Shown one piece after another: positions 53,992 to 64,000 of a stretch of DNA of 64,000 nt. Position numbers and translations under genes: made by a program. The notes under the pieces are model-generated. The model had not been told where the DNA came from, made no database searches, and saw only the letters and a program-made list of their open reading frames with translations. Origin of the DNA: Trichoplax adhaerens (lineage: Eukaryota > Animalia > Placozoa); NCBI RefSeq assembly GCF_000150275.1, contig NW_002060944.1:6175102-6239101 (forward strand), read 5' to 3'. The number at the start of each line of letters is the position of its first letter. Within the stretch, counting starts at the first letter, position 1.

Positions 53992-56139
53992 TGGATTCAG
54001 CCTTTTGCGACCCACTTCTCATCATCTTTAACTGCCCCCTCAGCAGGAAATTCATTCTTGCTACTATTAAATCAGTCATTTTTTCCCCTTCATTTTCTAT
54101 TGATTGTAAGTATTGCTATTATTAATTATTATTGATTTTCTCTCTCTTACAGCTACTGCGTTTTTGCCCCTTTTACATCATCTTGTTTATCGTCAGTATT
54201 GGATTTTATTGTCTTGCTTATTCAATCTTTCTACAATCCAGTTTTTTGGACCTCTTTTACGGACGACCGTAGAATGATGCCATCAGCATCCATGATTGCT
54301 ACTGTACTCCATTAATGTTATTACTATTATTCTCTTGAAATTCGTCATGGATTCATCAGCATAGGCATCATTACATCAGCCGAGGACAGAAACGAAAATA
54401 ACGATCCAATCTCTCTTGTCTTGCATTCTTTCTCTTATTCTAACTCTATCTATCATGATAATCCTATCTTACTTTGATGGGTAATGCTATCAAATTCTAA
54501 TTTTAATCCTATCCAATCGAGATGTTATCCTTAAGGCGAGAGTGTTATCATCCAATTAATTATTGTTCACTTTTCAACACCTCCAACAGCTATTTCCAAT
54601 AGCATCATAGCGATAGATTTTTCCCCTCTCACTCTCTCCCTCCTATTCCTTTATTTGACGATTAAAGCTTGTTGCTTTGCAGCACTTGTATTTGATGAAG
54701 AATCGATAGGGTTAGTGATGATCGTTGGAAAAGAAGAAGGTGGACAAATCAATGATGTGCATTTTAGAGTTCGACCCCTGAGTGGTTCTAATTTAGAGTA
54801 ATATTGCATGATTAACATCAAGCTGATTGTCAGTAATACTGCCAATAACTATTTTATACCATTAAAATAGCTCGACTAGTAATCATACTGTTCTATTACA
54901 GGCTATGGCTATCCATCCAGAATGAAATAAAGATTGCCTTCGTAAAACTCCCCTTTCTATTTGCAAATTAGCTACAACATCGAGTTCCTTCTCTCCAATT
55001 CAAATTTCTTTCACAAAAAGGAAAAGAATCTTTCTCTATTCAATGAAAATCGACTGTATTTTTCATCCACGACTAAGATCGATCATGTCAGTGGTGACAA
55101 TTATTTCATCGCCTACTAAATGATACAAATAGAAACAACATTGAAAAGTCAGAAATAACTTGATCTATGCGATTTGATCCTCAGCTCTATACAGTACTTT
55201 GTCTTGAAAAGAATGGTATACCATTCTATTCTTTCTCTCTCAATCAACTACTTTTGATCGCTTGCATGATTTCCTATTGCTATTTTAAACAATTTACTCA
55301 AAGCGTTACATCTTGAATTTAGAATAATCGGAAGCTATTCCTATTCCATCGCCATCTATCATATGTTTTCTTCATCATGTATAATTTCAATTTCAATCAC
55401 TGTATGCCCAATTTTGACTATTCCATAACGCTATCCATTTTACTCCATGGTTATGGATCACGGGTAAAGATGGGCTAAGCGAAATGGTAGTGATCGAGGC
55501 CAACGTTGAGAATCAACATTCAAATCCTTCCTTAATTATTAATTATTAATGGACAAAATAATTTTATTGTTGTTCATCTTGGATAGGATTGCTAGTCTCC
55601 ATCCTACTCTATGCTCATGTCTATCCATCGTTTCAACCTTGTTTCAAATCCATAGCTTGTCTAGCCGGATAACGATTTACTAATTGTATTGGGGTAGAAA
55701 AAGTAAAATAGAAATAGAGAATAATAAGGATAGATCGATATTATTAACAGGCTAATCATTGTGAACAATTTAAGAATCTATTTATCATAGTAATCTGAGT
55801 TATCATCTTATCAAAATAGTTGAATCTCTTTCCAGTGGATGAATCATTTAATTGTACGATAACATGTTGTCAATTTAGTTGATATTTTTTCAACAAAGAA
55901 ATCAACATGAATAAACAATCCTTTTCCCGTCCTAGATGTCTACTTTATGAAAAGCCAATGCAAGGCATCAATATTGTATTTGTTGGATACAAGGAAGAGA
56001 GAGAGGAGAAAAAAGGATTAGATGCTGGGAAATGTTATCGATGACATTTTATTGACTACTGGTCATAGTCACTACGACTATGACTTTTATTATTTATTGT
56101 TGCTCTACTCTTTTTCTTTCCTTGATGAGCCATACTACT

Positions 56140-56460
56140 GTCGATAAAATTGCAACATCTCTTTCCATCCAAGTCGCCATCTTGTCAATTATTTTCTTTC
56201 TTTTGATTATTACTCATTATGACCCTGCTCTTTCTCCATCGATGATCCGGTTGTTCATGAAAATGGCACTATCTCCTTCCATCCAAGTGGTTATTTTGCC
56301 AATTTATTTTTCTTTCTTGTGATTATTATTATTATTTGTTATTGCTTTCCTTTCTTTCATTCTCCATTTAATAGAGCTGTCCATTAAAATGGCAATATCG
56401 AATTCCATACAAGTTGCCATCTTGCCCAATTAATTTTCATTTTCTATTGATTCTTATTTG
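56140..56460. repeat. Degenerate minisatellite, ~125 bp unit, 3 copies
   Basis: AAAAT(T/G)GCA..TTCCAT.CAAGT.G..AT.TTG.CAATT at ~56146, 56261 and 56386. Confidence 0.75.
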
Positions 56461-57459
56461 TTATTCTTTTAGCTATTCATCTACTGTTCATTTGAGCCAT
56501 CAAGTAAAGTAAATTACTCATTGATTTCATCATCAATGTCATTTTTTCCTTGCTAAGGCATAATTTGAGTTCTTGTACAACAGCATTATGACTGATAGAG
56601 CAACATGAAATTGATTGTATTATCGTCTTGCGTCATCATCAGACGCGATCATTCTCGGACGTATTGATCAAATGGGATTGAAAATGATTCTTTCAACTAT
56701 TCTCATCTCCCTCATAGCTCTAGTAACAATTTCACTCAGCTGTGTCCAATCTTGGACTTACTTATTCATCAACCTTTTGCGATGTGAAAAGAATAAAATA
56801 ATCCATTAAAGCAAGAGTATCAATCAATCAATCAATGACGAACCGACTTGCAGCTGAAAAGTCAAAGTCATTGTCATTGCAAAATTTAAAAAAAGGGGGA
56901 AAAAATAAAATTCGTTTTACTCCCTTAACTAGCTTATCGATTCTTTATTGCTATCCATTAATTTATCATTTTTACTACAATCTATCAAGCGTTGATGATT
57001 TTAAATGATGTAGCAATCTCTTTTATTGACTCAGTGTTGATATTGACACCAAGACATTTTGTTTGAATTATAACCTTTTGATTAATATCACTTTGGTTTT
57101 CATCTTATTGACATGCACTCCAAAAGGTGATGAAATAGAAACTCATTCTTATAGCAAAGGGTTGCTCACTATGAGCCTAATGTAATCTACTTTTCGACAT
57201 CAACTATGGCATAAAATGGTTTCTCGTAGAAATTCATACAAATTGTCAATATGGTAGTTTAGTAATAGGGTGCTCATTATCAGTCCAGCTCAACCTATCT
57301 CCTGTGTCCACACCTGTAAAATAGTTTTTGACACAAACTATCCCATGGAAAAATGGATTGTTAGATTAATATCGAGCGTATAGTCATACTAAAAATCAAG
57401 AATAGTTTGCGACACAAACTATCCCGTAAAAATGGATCATAAGCCTATCATAAAAAATA

Positions 57460-58590
57460 GCCAATTAAATTTCAAAGTATTCTACCCAAGCAATATAGTC
57501 TCTTCAAGTGGTGACTATCCAGCCAACTCTATTTATCATCAAACATAGTCAGTAATATTTCAATGTATTCTATCCATTCAAGAGTCTCTTCAAGTGCTGA
57601 CTATTAAGCTAACTCTATTTATCATCAAATATAGCCAGTAACATTTCAATGTATCCTATCCATGCAATAGTCTCTTTCAAGTGCTTATTATTAACCCAGC
57701 TGTATTTATCATCCAATATAGCCAGTAACATTTCAATACATTCTAACCACGCAATAGTCTATTCAAGTGCTGACTATTAATCCAACGCTATTTATCATCT
57801 AGCATAGCTAGTATCATTCAAATAGATTCTATCTATGCCATAGTCTTGAGGTATTGACTATTAACTCAACTTCATTTATCATCCAATATAGCCAATATCA
57901 TTCCAATATTTTCTATCAATCGCAATAAGGTCTGACTAATACCATAACTCCATCTGCAATCAAACAAAGTATCATTCAAATATATTCTATCAATGCAAAA
58001 GTCTTCAGGCATTGGCTATTAGCTTAGCTCTATTAATTAACAAACATAAGCTGGATCATTTAAATCTATTCTATCAATGCAATAGTATTAAAGCGTTAAC
58101 TATTAACCTAACCTCAATTTATCATCAAACATAGCCAGCATTATTTAAATCGATTCTGTCAGTGCAATAGCAGTAAGGCTCTCGAATTAGCCCAACTCTA
58201 TAGATCATCGAATATAGCCAATATTATTCAAATCGATTCTATCAATACTATAGCAGTAATCTGAGGGCCTAGTATATTCAAATAGATTTTATCAATGACA
58301 TAATCTCGAGGCATTTACCCTTAATCCAACTCAATTTATCCTCAAACATAGCCAATACTATTCAAATAGATTCAGTAAATGTCATAGTCTTGAGGTATTT
58401 ACGATAAGTCAAACTTAATTTATCCTCACCTCAAACATTACCAGCACTATTCAAACCGTTTCGATTAATGCTGTAGACTATAGTCTGAAGGTATTTACGA
58501 TTAGCCCAACTCAATTAATCCTTAAATATCCAAATAAATGAATGCAATGGCAATAAAGTCTTGGAATTAGCCAAACTTAATCTATCTCTT
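57460..58590. repeat. Degenerate tandem repeat, ~86 bp unit, ~12 copies
   Basis: TATTTATCATC.AA.ATAGCCAGTA.CATT.CAA..ATTCTATC.ATGCAATAGTCT recurs at ~57530, 57616, 57703, 57789, 57874 and onward. A short 2-copy duplication (GACACAAACTATCCC) precedes it at 57320-57440. Confidence 0.9.
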
Positions 58591-61359
58591 ACCCTATGTA
58601 TTAAATATCAAAACTTGTAATAGCTTTTTAAATTATTCCATCAAATTAGATCGTGAAACGATCATTAAACACAGGCAGTATTTCATAAAAAAACCATTGT
58701 ATCAATGCAATTAATTATCGGCAAAGGGGAAAATTTACCTTTTGTCTAACTTCTAATCAATGCTACAATATCTTGTTATTACGCATTAAAGTGGAAAATA
58801 TGCGGAGGTTCATGATCAAGAGAAAGAAAATGAAAGAAAAAGCCATTTATTACGTGAGTTACAACGTAAAAATTGTCCGATATTGTATTTGATTGCACGT
58901 AAACAGTACAACTTTGACATCATAAATTAGAAAATATAGAATTGTATTCTTTCACTAAAAATTGCCTAAAGGAATATACCGCACCCTTCATTTATAAAGA
59001 GTGTAAATTGCTAACATTGAATAAAAAGGATAAATGATCAAAGTCAGTATATTTAGGAAAGGAAATGGAAATGACCGTCTTACAAGCACGGTTTTGTGCT
59101 TTACTATCTTCAAGTGCAACTTCGACGTCATTAAATAAACGCTGATAGCTAGAATTGGCAATAGATTCTAGAATCAATGGCCAATATTTATCACCATTTA
59201 TCCATCAGTGATGATCCTCTATTTCATGAATTTTTCAAAGTAGGGTAACATGAGGTGGAAGATAGTCTTTTCCATTTTGTACAATACTTTATCCTACGTT
59301 AGAGTGCTACATTATTGAGTCCTTTATATCTCATACTGTTTCAGTTCATGAATCTCCATGATGATCAAGTAGCCGACTTGGAAAAGAATACAATAGAAGT
59401 TCAAAAGGACTTTCCTTGTAATTCGTAAAATGGAGCTATTAAAGTTACTTTTAAATTCATTATTGATCAATAGTGTAAAGAATACAGTACTTGATGACGT
59501 TTGCATATTTCATGATTACGCATTAAAAAACGATAATAACTTTTATTATATAGCATGTTTCTATCATCATTCCCCCTTCCTACCCGCATTTTTTCTTTCT
59601 CATTTTCTATGCATTAAGATTTTAAACAATTAATTTTTCAAGAGTAATCAACTGTAGTCATAAAAGCAATGGAAATAACGTTGGTAAAAAAGCATATTGT
59701 CAATAGTGGAATCAACCCGGGCGTTGAAATTCCAATAGATAACCAAACAAGAAAAGAATTGCGGAAATGAACTCTACTATACAACATATTTGCTTGATAT
59801 TTATGCCTCAAGTGATAATTGATGACATCATGAAGACAGAAAGAATAAATAAGATCTAGCTAGGACAAGATGGCAGGTAAGAATGGATAATGCTTTCGGA
59901 GAAGTTTCTTGTTCATTTTGATTGATATTGAGATTGTATTTATGGGCTACAGACAGGATATGAATTTATCTATCCATCTATCGATCGAAAGCTATCACGA
60001 TGAGGACGTAAATAGAATGAGGAAAATCCAGTAGATAATGTACTACTTTTAGATAAGTTTCATGTCCATAATATTGACATTATATTGTATTGGAGTGCTA
60101 CTGTTTAGGATATTTAACTCATCTATCCATCTATCAACTGACAACTATCATTGATTTACTGCAGATATAAAAGATAGATATACAAAATATTCATAAAATT
60201 CTTCCTGCATTCTCTCTCAATAATCAAAATACACCGACCACATTTCACAGACCCAACGAATTAAAAGAAATTCGTGGAGAATAGGATTCCAAAAATGAAT
60301 TCCCCATTTATGTTTTGAAACAAACTTCATCAAATGCCAATTTAGACACAGCTTGCTCGATATTGTCTCAAGTATATTGAATCACGCCAATATCGCTCGC
60401 TAAATTACATATTATCGGTAGGTGATTGTTGCTCAATACTACTCTACCCTTCTCTCTCTATCAATGTTATGGCTCTAGTATTGACAAGATCATGTCAATT
60501 AGGATAACGACAGCAACAAATAGGATAATAAATAGTTGCACTCGACACTCGTTACCATGGTTCAAACTTGAACAACCTGGAAAAACAAATTACATCTTCT
60601 ACATACCTATTACAATATTAACTAAAAAATGATTTGCTAAGGACTATTTTGAGTTAGCGTCCAATTAATTGAAAACGTTAGTAATGGGTTATCATTCATA
60701 TCGTTAGACTGTAATAGGAATTAAAAGAAGAAGATGGTAAACAATATTAAATCTATTATAATTCAATTGGAAATAATGAAGCCACTTTGTTATAATCAAT
60801 GTCTGTATTTTGCGTTCTTTTCGCCTATCAGTGGGCATCGACCAGGACTAGGATCGACGTATCTTTGTTTCTAGTTGAATAGTTTCCATTGAAACGCATT
60901 AAAACATAATTTTCTACCTGCTGCTATGGCTATTGCATTGCTAATTCATATTTCGAAGTTAATGGAGCTTAAAATAATAGGATAATAATATTTATTTTTT
61001 TATCTAACGTTAGAAAGTACATTATCGCATAATATAAAATAGTACATAAAAGGTTTGAGCCTAATTTAAAGCGTTTGGATGACTCATTAATGTTCTAATT
61101 GTTTTTAAATGAGCTAAATAGCGTAACAGAAGAATTCTAATATTTTTCTTTAATCATAAACTAGAAAAGGCAGATAAAGGATCCATATCCTAATTTTAAT
61201 ATCGATACCTGATAATACCAATCGAATCTAGACAAGAAATCAAATCAGAGTCAGCTCAAAAAGACATTAGTTGTAAATGCAAACTGAAAGTGAATTAGAG
61301 CCTTAGAGCTAAATTAAACAGCAGCAACATGTATAAGAGCGGTGTACAGCAATAATATC

Positions 61360-61810
61360 GTGTGAATAGATAGATCAAACTATTACTCACAACTTTATCA
61401 ATCGATAGATAGGGGTAGACTGAGCGATCGAAATGATTATTTGCAAAACTTTATTAAATCGATAGATGAAGATAAATAGATCGATCGAAATGATTAATCG
61501 AGCTTAGATGCATTGAAATCAAATAGGTCGAAATTGAATACACTAATATCAAATGGATAGATAGATCGAAAAACTCAATTAAACTTGGATTGACTGATGT
61601 CCTATAGATAGATGGATTGATATGATTGTTTGCAATATTATCCAATAGTTAGATCAATTAAAACAATTATTCGAACTTGGATATACACTGACTACACATA
61701 TGATACCGGTAGGATATCGAAAATGGATAGATCGATCGAAATAATAAATCGAATTTGCTTACATTGATATTAAACAGTTAAATGGATCGAAATGATTAAT
61801 CGAACTTGGT
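61360..61810. repeat. Degenerate GATAGATCGATCGAAATGATTAATCGAACTTGG repeat, ~6 copies
   Basis: Variants at ~61426, 61477, 61555, 61650, 61725 and 61784. Confidence 0.7.
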
Positions 61811-64000
61811 CATGTTTTAATTAAAACAGGAAATTTACAAAGGCGATCAAGGAAAAAATAATCATAAATTTCCGCTATTTTAAAGCAGCTCAGAATCATG
61901 GAGTTTATAACTGATTTATAACGCCGTCCCATTATACTACGCTATAAGCTACATTTAAACAATAAATTTCTATTTCGCTTATCTGTTAAAACGAAAATTA
62001 TTTCAAGATTACGCTATTAAACAAATAAAATCTCATCGCTTGCGTTTTCTGATGAAATGTCAATCTTACATTTAGGAAATAGAGTCATTTGCGGTATAGG
62101 CAACAACATAGTCGAAAAATTGTCAATGCATTTTCAGATATTGTTCTGGTCTTCCACTAGAACAAATAAGACTTAAGTTATATTTGGCTATTCATTTAGT
62201 AATACAATAATGATATTACACCTAGTCTTTGCTTTATTTTTGAAAAAACATACCATAGTTTATATCATTTGATAATATTTACTAATACCAGTATCCGATA
62301 GCAGACGGTACATGGAAGATAGCAACCCTTTTCACATCTTCTATCTGCCACAATCAATTAAAATTAATACAGTAGTATATCATTCAATAAAAGGATATTA
62401 TTCATTAAATTTCTGCATGTTACTTTAAAATGTTAACAATATACTCTATATACTCTATGTATCTAAGAGAATCAACTATCTACAAGAAGTGCAATAAATG
62501 AATGCTTCTCAATAGCTTTAAAATTTTAATATATTTTCAATGTTTTAATATTTTCTTATTAATATTAATGATTCGATTGCATCAAAATAGCAAAGTTTTT
62601 TCGATAGTTCGAATTTGTTAAGATTTAAATTCTACCAAACGAGATAGTATTAGAAATAGAGTATAAAATCTTTCTTTAGTATATTTAATTTTAATAATTT
62701 TAATTTCAATCAAGTAGTAATTGTGTACTTAGTTAGAAATAAAAATATACTGTGAATATTAGCCCAATTTTAGCCGCAAATCAGCATAGTTTACCGGTAG
62801 CAATCTTGCATAAAGTTAATAATATAGCGTGATTTTCAATGAATGGTTGAAAGTGTTACTCTTCAAGCTTGTAGACAGAAAATGTAATGACAGCATTAGA
62901 AAGGTTTAATAGGAACGCTTATTAGTATTTTCAATTAAAATTAAAACCATTAGACACAGGCTGATAGCTGATATAAAGTTTTATTAGTTATTGTTGAAGC
63001 ATTTAAATCAAATAAAAGAATCAGGATAATCCAAAAGAAAAATAAGATCAGTCAATGAAATCTATACATATATTGTATCTTAAAAAATATTGAATTATTG
63101 TCATAGTAACAATTTGATTCAAAGATACATCATGTTTAGCGCTATTTTGTCTTTCATGGTTATTCTATTATACCTTACATCTTAATTAATTAAAGTATTA
63201 AACTATTTCTTTTAGTTCTAAATCGTATTGTCGATATTTTGCTATTCTCTTCAAAGCATTATTGATTGTTACACCATCTAATAAAATGTACTACTAAACA
63301 TAGTCACTGGTGAATTCAATACATTGTCAATCGACTTTATCGGAGATGATTAATTTTGACAGGTGCATCACTTTGATTTTGCCTTGCTAATTCAAGGTCA
63401 CGCTAACAAAATATAGGAGGCAATTTGATTGCAGTGATTATGATCTAATTCGATCCCTTCAATCAAGTAGATGGATAACGCATTTAGAATAGATGATAAA
63501 CATGAATCCATTGAATTAACTCTACGTATATAGCTTTCATGGTTATACCTTATCATCTTATAGTAAATGATTAAATTAGTGACTGGCAACTACAACTAAA
63601 TGACTTATTGATTGCAATATTTACAAGATTAATAGTATAGCTTATTCAGTAAAATAATCTCTTCTAGCCTAATATTGTAATACTACTCGAACTAACTATT
63701 GATAATTATCCAAATTAGCTGTCATATATACAGCAGGTCAAGGTTACGTGAGAATTACAATTTTAACATACAAGTAGTGATAAAAACCAGACCATCTCCA
63801 ATACTAGTAACTTAATCAATAGCTAACGATAACCAGGCAATATTGACTTCATGTCGCCTTGATAGTATAGAATAGCGTCAATCAAATAGCGAGCAAAGGT
63901 TGTCAATTATCTCTTCATAGGATTGTGAGGATGTAGTCTGTCTAGGAATATGAGCAAAAGTGGTTTTGTACAGAGAATAGATCTTGAAAATAATTAAAAG

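Noticed and set aside
57460-58590. CRISPR-like array or decayed 28-aa LRR coding repeat
   Set aside because: Whole units are homologous with no unique spacers, there are no cas genes and the context is eukaryotic. Unit length varies off-frame, and the frames I translated have stops and no LxxLxL pattern.
43848-63589. Short ORFs of 60-112 aa in the gene desert
   Set aside because: Many start at TTG/GTG, show low-complexity AT-driven composition and no motifs, and do not form consistent exon chains.

Overview
AT-rich, intron-containing eukaryotic DNA from a compact animal genome. Short GT-AG introns, single-coding-exon rhodopsin-class GPCRs and an opsin-like receptor lacking the retinal lysine point to a placozoan (Trichoplax/Hoilungia-like); this is an inference. 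The left ~35 kb is gene-dense: a TCF20/RAI1-like AT-hook + ePHD gene (-), a placopsin-like GPCR (+), NDC80 (+), CLUAP1/IFT38 (+) and casein kinase 1 delta/epsilon (+). It also holds small transposon-like relics, a tandem repeat with ABAB higher-order structure, and TACAGTA/TACTGTA-rich blocks near gene 5' ends. The right ~29 kb has only one clear gene, an orphan class A GPCR (-), inside a gene desert with many degenerate 60-150 bp minisatellites and candidate non-coding exons/promoters. I recognised no rRNA, tRNA, CRISPR or autonomous transposon. I found no evidence of a wholly new multi-gene system. The best leads are the Lys-less opsin, a possible ~10 kb 5' architecture of the orphan GPCR, and the promoter-associated repeats and hairpins. 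Exon boundaries were read by eye.
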